Of a DNA stretch of 64,000 bases, positions 25,836 to 37,567 are shown one piece after another (positions within the stretch are counted from its first letter, which is position 1; each line of letters opens with the position of its first letter). The notes beneath the pieces were generated by a model. The model had not been told where the DNA came from. It worked only from the letters and a program-made list of their open reading frames with translations, and did no database searches. The position numbers and the translations under genes are program-made. The DNA is from Cenococcum geophilum (Eukaryota): positions 29,512,001 to 29,576,000 of the forward strand of contig CP158635.1 in the NCBI GenBank assembly GCA_050273025.1, read 5' to 3'.

Positions 25836-26149
25836 CCTTGTTTTATTCCCAGACCTTCTTGCTAAGGCTTACCTTACTAAGACGCTAACCGCTTTTGGCA
25901 AGACCTTCGTTAGAAGGTCTGGTACACAGTTTAGATTTTTATTAGTCCCGCGTGGGGTATTTGGGCCTATATACACCTACTTTAAGCCAAATTATCTTAA
26001 CTTCTATAGCTCCCTAAGCCATTCCTAATGGCTAGAATTACTAAATTAAACCTAGCAAAGAAGACTACGTTGCCTAATTTACCCGATTCTAATTTGTTGT
26101 CTTATTGTCGCGCCTAACGCCCCTAGGTTATAGCAGCCGCACCTTTTCT

Positions 26150-29140
26150 ATAACTACCGCCGCCCTCTTTTTATTATAGCTAGAGTACCTAAACTAACAA
26201 GCTAGCTTTAAATAATAATTAAGGACTATAAGTCTTTTATTTAGAATGTAAAAGAGTTAATTTAATATTAGAACAGCTATATAAGCACCGCTAGAGCTTT
26301 ATAACTTTTATTAAGTATTATATAACCGCTTCCGGCCCTTCTAATTATAATACGCTAAAGCGACATGTAAATAGGCTATAGAAGGCAATATTTAAAGAGC
26401 TAGAAGTTAAGGAACGGCTTATAGTGTATAGTAATTGCTAGCTAGAAAGGCTCTATTAAGAACCTCTATATAAGTAGATAGAGTAAGAGTTAGAGGATCT
26501 TATGCGCCTAAGAGAAGAGAACGGAGTTATTATTCCTAGTAGGCTTGGACGATTTAACGCTAAAGAACTAGTTAAAAAGCTCGAGTATAATATAATTACT
26601 ACTAACGTATAGCGCCTTGCCCTAACGTTATAGAGCTTCCTTATAGCTTTAGTTTAGTAAAGGCCATATGCTAATTCTTATAATGTCACGCCTTACTATA
26701 AAAAGCTCTTTATAGTGTGCGTAATCCTAGCAAATGTATAAGCCCCTTAAGCTAGCTTCCGGTTCTATACTGCTTTAGGGGTTTATTTATACAATATAGG
26801 CGTTAAGCAAAGGTGTATTACACTTCTTTATAAGTTAGGAGTTATAATATTGTATACTGGCCTTACTAAAATACAAAAGGAGCTAGAGGAAGTTGGTAGG
26901 GTATATACTTCCACATTTAAGGGTTTAAATAAAACACCTCCGTTACTATAGGTGGAGGGCATAGTTAAAGTATTTCAGCTATAGATTGCGCACTTAAGGC
27001 GCCTTAGTTATTGCTAGTGTAATAAATAATAACTTTCTTATAGCGTATAATTAAGGTAACTGCTTTAAAGAACTAAAACCAGCTAACAATTATATATAAT
27101 AACTTTAACTAGAATAAAAGGGTTTAATATAAGACTATACTAAACACTAATAAGCACCTCTCTGCTACTACTTCTAAGCTTATACTTAACCCCAAATTTC
27201 CGTATAACGGTTTTCGCACTTTTATACTTAAACCTATAAAATAGCTTACTTATAGCGCGATCTTTAATTATCCTGGCAACTAGGCAGACAGCTATATAAA
27301 ATAATACTAGTTACATTAGATTGCTAAGGCCATTGTATATATAATACTAAAAGTTAAAGAGCTTAATATTGCCGCAGATTTCTAGCCTAGTATACCTATT
27401 ATAGATCGTCTCCTTCTATAAAAGCTACGCTATTTTATATTAGGTCTAATTCTAGAGAATAAAGGCACTCTAAAGGGCACGTATAATATTCTTAGGAATA
27501 TATTTAGTGGCGATAACAGCGAATACGGGTTTTAAGAGGGCTAGCTAGGATATAAGGATAGATCCTTTAATAATAGTAAATTAGTCTTAATTAATGGCGA
27601 TTAAAAGACTATAGGCCTTCTCTAGTCTGTACAGCAAAAGCGCTATCTTAAAGAGCGTCACTACAAATAGCTAAAATGGTTTCTTCCCGTAGCCGGATTG
27701 TTTTATTAGCGAACTAATTATATAGATATATTACACGATATTTACGGCGGACCATCCAACTGCTTTAAATTGTTAGATTACAGTAAGGTCCACCTTAGCG
27801 CGTATTAGGGCTATAAGACGCCGTTCTATTATAAAGAGGAGGTCGCAATTAAGTCCTTTAACGCCTAAATTACTGCCTACTTCCTTAGTCTTTTTTCTTA
27901 AAATATTAGGGACCAGGGTAATAAGGGGATTTATAATTAGATTACTAGATAAAATATTAGAAGAGGTAATAAAACGACAGCAGTAAGAGTAAAATTTCTT
28001 ACTACTATATAACGCATTTAAGAGGAGTTCTTCTTGCTAAGCTAACGGTCCTATAGTAATAAACTAGTTAACAAGGTATTCTAAAACCATGTTCGATTTA
28101 TATAAGATTTAGAGGTCTACCTTATATTAAAGTTTGCTATTAAGCACGCTAATATTGTGGGAGGGTACGACCACTCTCAGATAGGAAAGTCACAGTGCTG
28201 TCTGTCTGTCGGTCGGTCGGTCGGTCGGTCGGTCGGTCGGTCGTCAGTCGTAATCAATCAGTAGGAAAGCAGTCCGTAAGAAGAAAGGAAAGAATGTATT
28301 CCAGTAGGTCGTGCTGTCCAAGAAGGAGGGAAGCCGAAGCCTCTATAAATACAGGAGAATGCCAAGGTACTAGGCGTGAGACATTTTACCCCACCACAAT
28401 ATTAGGCTTATTAAACGGGTAATTATTTACTACTGTTTTCTCTTTACTAGTGGTACAAAGAGTTAATATACACAGTTGGCTTTATACCTTACTAGATTAC
28501 TTATAACTAAAGCCGCAAAGCAAGTCCTTTAAAAATTATTGCTTATTAGTATATTAGTTAATTGTAGAGGCCAGTAAGATAGTTAGTTTAAGATAAATCG
28601 ACTTAACAAACATTATAATCTTATTCTTAAGCTTCTTCTTTAAGGCCGACGGCGAACTAGCTTAGATGTAACTAAGTTATTTACTTAAGTATTACTTACC
28701 GCTAGTTACTACCTAAATCTGCGGTATGCTATAGAGGACGCGTTTAGCTAGTTTAATAGTATATATTACACACTAGCTAACGCAGCTACTAATATATATT
28801 ATCTTGCGCTTAAGCTGTTAATTACTATTATAAGGCGGCCTAGCGGACGAAAGAGTTACTTTAGCTGTAAGGATATTGTTAATATTGGAACTTAGAGGCT
28901 CTCTAGGGGTTTAAAGAAAGGACAACTTATAAAGCTACCTCCTAAATCAACCTTATTATAATTAGAACCTTTTAAAGCTAAAAAGTAAAGAATCCTAAAG
29001 CAACTAGCTTACTATAACTCGCTTATTAATAGCTTTAATGCAAAGCTATAAGGGCGTATTACTATAGTAGAAGGCCTTAACGATATTGACGCAGATAAGC
29101 CTAAGACAACACTAATTAATACCTTACTTAATAGAGCTGT
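26150..29140 (+). pseudogene. Academ-type (DUF6589-like) DDE transposase
   Basis: De-RIPed motifs LGVYLYN.GVKQRCITLLHKLGV (~26775), YDNFNW.E.VRH.T....HLSATT (~27095), LINGDQKT.GLL.S.Q..R.....LKWFLPVAGLFHWRTN (~27585-27720), KHADIGLIKR, DRLNEHHNLILK (~28595); probable intron ~26900-27041; start approximate. Confidence 0.8.
28156..28398. repeat. Young un-RIPed solo LTR (243 bp) with (GTCG)n microsatellite
   Basis: TGTGG...CCACA ends; 4-bp TSD ATAT; removing it restores the transposase frame; TATAAATA at ~28344; CpA/TpG intact. Confidence 0.8.
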
Positions 29141-29549
29141 ACTTAATACCTAATCTTACGGACTTTCTATCTAGTTCTGGTGTTCTGTTTAATTAGTAAG
29201 TTAACTATCTACTTATAAGGTATAACACTAATTAATATATAATTATTTAGGTACTTATTTCCATATAATAAATAGTCTATATAGCGAGCCGGCCCCGGCA
29301 GCTTATGCGTATTAGGATATATAGGGTAATAAATAGTAGGGTAGGAGGTAGCAATAACTAAGCCGGCAGCATTTAATAGAAGCGAGTATAAACGCTTGAA
29401 CTAGGGGACACTTAATTTTTTAAGGGAGGGGGACTTACTCTACATTCTATAAAAAGTAAAAATAGGCTAAACTCTAGTAGAGTATAAGGTGATATTAGCT
29501 ATCGGGAAAGGTATTTTTTAAAAAGGATTAGCCGGGGTTCTTATCTATA

Positions 29550-30360
29550 AAGCCCTTTTACTCTCTCGCTTAAGTAACCTAATTATTACTGCTTACTTAA
29601 GAATTCCTTTAAGCTTCTTAAAAGATAAATAGCCAGTTTCCTACCACATTAGTACGGCGCTATACTGCTCCGTTAGCATAAGTATTATATAAGCTAAGCC
29701 TTATTAAATCCTTCTAAGGAAAGAAAGCAAAAGAAAAAAAGTGAGAGAGAAAGCCTTTATAACTAGTAATTAACTAAGATTACGTTATAGTTACAGTTAA
29801 TTTTACCTATCCTTTATATGCGTTTCTCCCTTCTAATTACATTATAATCTTATTACGTCTTAAGGATTATAGCTCTACTAAAATACAGTCTTCTATAAAG
29901 ATCCTTCTATAGGTAAGCTGTTACTTAGGATACCCGTCACTATAAGTAACAACTCTTTCTCTTTCTTCTCTTTATCTTTATAACGAATACGTAAAGTAAC
30001 TATAAGTAAGGCTTATCTAAGGAATACTCGGCACTATAATAGCTAGCACTCTTAGAGATTAAGAGTCTTTTACCGCACTTCTACCTTACCTTACTACTAT
30101 AAGCAATTAGGAAAAGAGTTTACTTCTTTAAAGCTAGTTTTAAATCCTTAGTCTTAGCAACTGCTCTTATAAAGAATAACTTTATACATAATCTTTTTCC
30201 TTTTATCCTTATTATAAGTAATTATCTCTTATAAGTATTTTACATTTTCACGCTCTAGAATTTTTAAATTAGCATTTTTATTTCCTTTTAAGTTAAGAGA
30301 AGAGCTACTTTGCTTTAAGAAACCTTGGCTAAGCATATTAGGGTTAAAGTTAAGCGTTAT
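29550..30360 (-). pseudogene. Cargo gene W copy 1 (unknown function)
   Basis: Frame supported by synonymous-type differences versus the paralog at 34255-34657 (VTLRIRYKDKEKKEKELLLIVTGILSN vs VTLHIHYKGKEKKRKELLPILIGVLSN); probable intron with GCTAAC branch ~29675. Confidence 0.5.
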
Positions 30361-30410
30361 TTAATTCTTATTTACTCTTTTAGAATTTTTAGTACTAATG
30401 TTATAAAAAG

Positions 30411-30492
30411 GTCTTAGTAAGGAAAATCTAACTAATTAGATAACTTTAACCGGCGGTTAAAGTTCCTTAACATCTTACTATTTTACATAACC
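30411..30492. promoter_or_regulatory. CCAAT + 23-bp palindrome + CACGTG module between divergent genes W and X (copy 2 at 36672-36752)
   Basis: AACTTT(G/A)ACCG-G-CGGT(C/T)AAAGTT at 30442-30464 and 36703-36725; the palindrome and upstream block also occur in the Gypsy B and C 3' UTRs. Confidence 0.55.
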
Positions 30493-30676
30493 GTCCTTTT
30501 TAATTTACTTTTTTCTAGAAAATACCATAAGGCCTTTATTTAATTTCTTATTATCTTATCTTATTTAATTATACGCGCCTATTTACTTTTCTCTCACGTT
30601 AAGAAGACACTGTTATAACTCTTATCTTAAAATACTATCTACACGCCCGTTGCGCACACGAAATATTATTATAAAA

Positions 30677-33600
30677 ATGTCTGGAACTATAGGACATCGC
30701 TTAAAAGGAAAGGCGTAAATAATAGAGGTTATTCTTAGGGCCGCCTAAAGCCACACAGTTAATTAGCGCGTAAATATCTATTATAGTTTAACACAGGCTA
30801 TTATAAACTAGGAGCATAATATAGTTAAGGCTGCAAAAAACGCAATAGTTAAGATTAAGAAGGATAATAAGCTTAAGGGAAATTTAGAAAATAAAGATTG
30901 GGAAAATGCCTTTGCGGACATTAGAAAGCCTATAAGATTAATAAGATTAAGGCTATGCAAAATACAATTAAGGAGTAGGGAGAGGAACTTTTAGAAGGTC
31001 CCTATAAGCTCTTCTATATATATTACGCACTAAAAAGTATCCGTATCTTTATTAATTAGGTAAAAAGAAGTTAGATCTCCAGGAAGGATATATTAAAAAT
31101 AATTAATAATGCAATACTAAGTTACCTAAAACTCTTAAAGGCTAAAATCTTAAGGACCCTATACCTAATACCTTTAGACTTTCTTACCGCCTATAAATTC
31201 GGATTAGTAGTTAATAAGGAGTTAATTAAGAAATAGAAGCTCGTTTATTATCTAAGCTAAGGCTATAAGCTTTTTATACTAGCCCTAACTATTAAAACTA
31301 AAAAGGAATCTATACTAGAGCTAGTTACTCCAGCACCTCTGCTGTTACCTTTTAAGGAGGTTAAAGGCTTAAACGTAAGAATGCTATATAGTTTATTTTT
31401 GTTTAGAGGCAAGGTACCTAAAGCGTAAGGAAAAGACTCTAAATCTAATAAATTTAAGTCTTTAGAGGATGACCTTGTCGCCGGCTCCCTATAAGGCTAG
31501 GAAAGCTTCTAAAAAATCCCTAAGAAAAAAGCTAAAGATAGGACCTATAGAACCTTTACCTTCTAGTAGAGCTAACAGGCAGAAGAAAAAAGTAGCAATA
31601 ATTGCTAAAGCCAATAGAGAGGTAATTGTTAGGAAAGAATAGCTAAAGGGGAAAATAAAATGCTTGTGTTATTTTAAAACGCTAGCTAAATTAATTAAGG
31701 CCCTTAATTCTAAGAAAGAGCTAAAAGATGGTATCTTTTCTATTTTATACTAATTTATTACGGCCTAGTAGGGAAATAAAATAGAAGTTCATGCAGATAC
31801 ATCTTTAGAAATGGCAGGGTTATTAGATTAGATACTAGCGTTTCTTTTACTAATTTATATTTACGGATCTACTTAGTCTCTAAGAACTATGATACTGTTA
31901 ATATTCTCTAGATAGCTAAAAGCTCTTATTTTTAGCTTAAAAGGAATAGTTGCCTAGAGTATGCAAACGATAACCTTAAAATTTACGCTTATTCTACTAT
32001 ATAGCCTAGCAATTATCTAGTAGACCGCATGGGATTAAAAAAGCTTGTGTTAGGCTCAAAAGGGGAACTTAAATAATAGGAAGATATCGGAATTCTAAGC
32101 ATTTTTAAGGAAGAGTTTAATATATACGCGTACTATTTGCGAAAGACTGCTAAGGAAGAGAAAGATAGTATCCTCTAGACCATATATTATTTCTTACTAT
32201 AATAGGTGGTTTATATAGATCTGGAGCAGTATAGATACCGTAGCTTTACGCGCTAATAATACCATTCGTTTTATTGTATATCTAAGCTACACACTCTAGT
32301 TTCTTAATAGCTATCTTCTCTAGGTACGCAAAGGGGGGCTAAATTCTAGAGAAAGCTAGCTTTATTCTTATATTTCCTTAATTAATAAGGGGAGTTAGTC
32401 TTATATAGAACTCCTACCCAAAATAGGTAGACTTACTTTAAGAGCGCGGAGAACTTAATAGTAGGGGGCGTATTAAGAATATGGAGACGGCTTAGACTAA
32501 GGCTAATGCTAAGAAGTTTAAGCTTAACTAAATGCCTATTACGTTAAAAACTAAAGAAGTGCGGTTTATAAAAGCTACTATTAGATAAAGGGTATCTTAA
32601 GTAATATTAAGCCGCTTAATTATTACTTTAGACTTAATTATAATCCTACTAAATACTAGGAAATTAGAAATCCCTAGGCTTAAGAGCTAGGAAAAGGTTA
32701 TATAGATAAATCTAGCTAGTCTTCCCCCGGCATTAACTCCTACTAGCGAACCTATTACTAATATTCCTCTATATAAATTCCCTGCCTATATATAACTATA
32801 GGCAAAGAGTGTCCTTTTAAATACTTTGGTCAAAAGAACTTTTATAGGATAATTCTAGATCCTACCTTAAATAATAAATATAAAGCATTTCGGGAAAGAT
32901 ATAGGGCATATATTACTAAGTCTGTTTAAGACAGCTTTAAAAAGCTAGAGGAATTTAAGCGAGAAGTATTTAGGGTAAAGCCTTACTCTTTAGAAAATAA
33001 ATAAGGGCATAGGCGTCCCGTAGACAACTTAGAATACCCTAAAGGCTTAATTTTAGGTTTAGAATGCGGGATTAACTTAATTAATAGGAGTTTTAGTGCT
33101 CTCCTATTAACCGATTATAGTTCTAAAGGTTATTCTAGAAGTGAAGGTAAAGCTACTACACCTTAGAATACTAGGACTACTACTCTAAATCTTAGTCCTA
33201 ATATCTTTAATAATAGAGTAGTACCTATAGAAGTTAATTGGGAGCTAAAGGATATAAATAAGCTTAAAGGAGATAACTTCCGAGGCGCTGCTTCTAAGCA
33301 TTTACTAGCATTTATTAATGCTCTAGAGATTGCTAATAAACCAGTAGTATTAAGCCGTTTAACGCCTTCGCTAATTTCGGAAAAAGACACTATTTTAGGA
33401 GAATAGGTAATTAAGTCTTGTGTTTTACAATCTTCCGCGTAAAAAGAGATGCAGGTAGAGATAGATACTATTTAAAAAAAAGTATCTTTAAGTCTCTAAT
33501 CTAGTGCTGTTAGTACGCATAATAACGTAAATACAGAGCTTAAGGTAGAGGGTGTTATAAATAGGGATAATACGGAAGAAATAGAAGTAATAATTAAGGA

Positions 33601-33700
33601 GGGAGTGTAGGTAGCTTTGGAAAAGTTAAAGGAGTATTAAGTATTAGGCTATCCTCCATCTTTAGGTATTTATTACCTACTAAGGGGGTTATAAGGAAAC
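30677..33700 (+). pseudogene. Cargo gene X copy 1: PhyH-like 2OG-Fe(II) dioxygenase-fold protein
   Basis: ATG 30677; paralog of 36922-52250; EEF(D)..AY.LRK, .YH(S)L.QQVV..D(P)E.Y...VALR and KFPA motifs; several small deletions. Confidence 0.55.
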
Positions 33701-34254
33701 ATTAGGGGACAATATTTTAGGTAGGGGTGGTAATATAGTAGTATTAAATGCCCCTTAGTTATTTTAGTTTATTTTCTTATTACGTATAGGAGGCTTAGGG
33801 ATATATATAATATAAAAGGAGCTTAGGTTTTAACCTTATCTTACCTTAATATAATACAATTCTTTTCTCCCCTCTATTTATTCCTAATTCTCTAGTATAA
33901 CTACTATCTATAAGTACAAGGCCTAATTAAGAGAGGATATTAGCCTCTAGTGGTAGCGTTAGTAAAGTGTAGAGGCAACTAGGTATAGAACCTAATAAAA
34001 GCACTTTAGGCTAATTAAATAACGGTTAAGGTAATAACGGGAATAACCCTAGTGTAAATACTCTGTGGATAGGAATATGTGCTTCCAATTAAGTTCTACT
34101 TCCCTATATAGCAGACACTTCTATAAAATAAGGTGAAGACAATAGAAGAGTTAATTATTCTAAAAATAAAATAGTTTAGGTAATAGGAAATAAACAACAA
34201 AGAAGCTTAGGAGAGAGTGCGCCGCTATTATTTAGCTAATAAATAATATTTTAA

Positions 34255-36600
34255 TGGTTCTTCTGCAAGCAAACCGTTACTTAAGACGCCGATTAATATA
34301 GGTAGTAACTCTTTCCTTTTTCTTCTCTTTACCTTTATAATGGATATGTAAAGTAACTATAAGTAAGCCTTATTTAAGGAACGCTTAATACTAAAAACAG
34401 CCAGCCTTCTTAAGGACTAAGAGACTTCTACTGTAACCCCTACCTTACTTCACTGTTATAAGGAATTAGAAAAAGAGTTTAGTTCTTTAAGGCTAGTTCT
34501 AAGTCCTTTATCTTAACAACTGCTTTTATAAGAATAACTTTATATATTGTCTTCTTTCTTTTATCTTTATTACCAATAATTATCTCTTATAAGTATTTTA
34601 CATTTTTATATTCTACAATTTGTAAATTAATATCTTTATTTCCGTTTAAGTTAAAAGCAGTATATTTAAGAGTTAGCGACGCTGTTAGCTTTGCTACTAA
34701 GAGGCTAATAACATAAGCAGTTAGCTATAAGACTGCGGCTAGCTAATAGCTTACTATCTTAGTAGTAAGTTTTAGTAGTAAGTTAAAGCTTTTAGTAGAA
34801 GTTAAGAATATTTAGATATTTAGACCAGATTTAGTCAAGCTTATTAGTAAATATGAATACTAAGTTACTAATCAGCGGTTACTAATAAGTAAAGTTCCTA
34901 TATTACTAATATAGAAGTATAAAATAGACCTTTTTTAGAATGGTCTTTTAGGTAAAAAGAGACTCTAGCTTAAATACTAGGTGCTTTACTTATAATTAAC
35001 GGTAACAATTATATTAACAGCTATTTAAAATTAAAGTATAACCTTATTATTAACTCTAAAAGTTATAATAGTTATAAATAGTAGCTATATTTAAGCCTAT
35101 ATTAATTAAATAATTCTATAAGATATTACCTTCTGTTAAGCTATAAGTCCTTCTTACTATACTTAGTAAAATTAATCTTATCTATAATATTTAGATATCT
35201 ATAAATAGAATATTACCACTTAATATAGTAGCTTATTTTATTAATAAAAGTATAAAGCTTTAATTAGTACTTCTAGGCCTTTTATAATTACTAATATAGA
35301 GCTTCTCTATTAAATCCTCTAGCGAACTTAGTAGAGCCTTAAAAACGAATATAACTTCTTCTTTAAATTAGGCGTTAATATAGTCATTAAAAGATTAAAA
35401 AAGATTTTAATAAAATAAAGGCCAAGAGCTCTTACTATTTTACTATAGTAATCCTTTATCTATCTTTTAAATGCGCCTACTTTTACTAAATAGAAATAGT
35501 AGTAAAAGTAAGAAAAGTACGCTAAGCGGTATATAGAGACTCTGTTTAATAACTATATTAATAAGTAAGTAGGTAAGAAAGATAAGGAACTAGTTAATCT
35601 ATAACGTAAAATAGTTCCTTATAAATCTAATAATAATTTAGCTAATAAATATATATAGTCCTTAAGAGTCTTACTCCCTTAAAGTATAATTAAAAGCGTA
35701 TTAAGCTTGCTAGTAAGCTTAACCGCTACTATAACATAGGCCTTAAGTTTATTAAAATCTATTTTAATAGCAGTAATAAGCGGAATAATATTATTCCTAA
35801 TCCTCTTAACTAGTGGCTTAAAATCGGTTAAATCCTTTATCTAATACTTGCTAAAATAACTCTTAATATATTCTTTATACTGGTAATAAACTCTATATAT
35901 AAATAAGCCTTTAGTTAAGCTAAAAAGATTATTACTAATAAGCGTAATAGACTATTAGCCAATATAATTAAAATATATTAATATTAGAAGTGGTAGTTAA
36001 TTAAAGGCCTTTTATTAAGTAGTTTAATTGACTATATTAACTCTGGCTAAGCTTTAACTATACCCTAGCTAATAAGCTTAAATATTAATCTTATTAGCTA
36101 TAAGCTAACTATAGAGGTAGAAAAGCTAGCTTAGTAAGATATATTTAATAGAGTTCTATATTTAATTAAATCTAATATAGAAATAGAGCCTCTAAAGCCT
36201 TTATTACCAACTATTCTACCTATTTTTTTAAGCCTCTGCGGATACGTAGGATGAATTTAGCTATATTTAAATACTATATTATGTAAATTAGGTACATTAG
36301 GTTTAAATTTTAATTAGGTAATATTAATATTTATATATAAAGAGGCGCTGTAAAAAAATCCGCAATAAAATACTATAAAGTCTATACTACTTTCCTAATT
36401 AGGATAGCTAGCTAGCAGTTTAATAGTTAGCGTACGTTATTTAATAGTTAGTGGATAGCGAGCGATCTAATTAACGTAGTTAGTTAGCTATTTTACTTAA
36501 GATCGCAGCTAGGCTAAATATTGGATACACTGGTTAAGAGGAAAGTTACTTTACTTTAAGAAACCCTTGTTAAGCATATAGGAGGCTAAAGTTAAACATT
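34255..36600 (-). pseudogene. Cargo gene W copy 2, split by the hAT-like element and 3'-truncated
   Basis: 34275-34657 plus 36533-36630 align with 29915-30385. Confidence 0.5.
34658..36532. mobile_element. hAT-like DNA element (1875 bp), probably non-autonomous
   Basis: TIR CAGTGTATCCAA (RIPed CAGTATATTTAA on left, TTGGATACACTG on right); 8-bp TSD GTTAAAAG / GTTAAGAG; subterminal GTTAGC/GCTAA repeats; the paralogous site at ~30291 is empty. Confidence 0.85.
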
Positions 36601-37567
36601 TCTTAAGTTTCGTTTATTCTTTTAAAAATTTAATATTAACTTTTAATATTAATACTATTATTAATAGGTAAGTCTTAGTAAGGAAAATCTAACTAATTAA
36701 ATAACTTTAACCGGCGGTTAAAGTTCCTTAACATATTAAGATTTCACGTGATTACTTTTTTTAATTTACCTTTTTTTGGTAAATACTATAAGACCTTTTT
36801 AATTTCCCGTTACTCTATCCCATTTAGTTATATACGCCTATTACCTCTTATTCGCGTTAAGAAGGCACTATTACCACTTTTCTCTTAAACTGCTATCTAT
36901 ACCCGGAATTTTACTATAAAAATGCCTAGTACTATAGAACTCCGCTTAAAAGGAAAGCCGCCACCTCTACCTCCTACTATTTAGTTAATAGCCCTCGCAT
37001 ATTAAGGAAAGGCTTAGATAATAAAAGTTATCCTTAAAGCCGCCTAATACCACCCGGTCGATTAGCGCGTAAATATCTATTATGGTTTAATATAGGTTAT
37101 TTTAAACTAGGAGCATAATATAGTTAAGGCTGTAAAAAATATAATAATTAAGATTAAGAAGGATAGGGAGTCAAAAGGAAGCTTAGAAAGCAAAAAGTAG
37201 AAAAATGCCTTTATAGATATTAAAAAGCTTTCTAAAATTACCTATAAGATTAATAAGATTAAGACGATACGAGATACAGTTAAAAAAGAATAGGGAGAGA
37301 AGCTTTTAAAAGGCCCTTGTAAGCTCTCCTACACGTATTACGCACTAAAAAGTATTTATATTCTTATTAACCAGGTAAAGGAGAGCTAAATCCCTAAGGA
37401 GGATGCATTAAAGATAGTTAATAATATAATACTAAATCGCCTAGAACTCTTAAAGGCTAAAATCTTAAGGACTCTATACTTAACACCTTTAGATTTTCTT
37501 AATACGTATAAAATTTGGACTAGAAGTTAATAAGAAACTAGTTAAGAAATAGAAGCTTACCTATTAT

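Noticed and set aside
28195..28422. 75-aa ORF with SVGR repeats
   Set aside because: It is the translation of the (GTCG)n microsatellite in a solo LTR and crosses the insertion boundary.
29880..30010. PHD-finger-like reading of gene W
   Set aside because: Paralog comparison supports a different frame, and the Cys/His pattern is not conserved.
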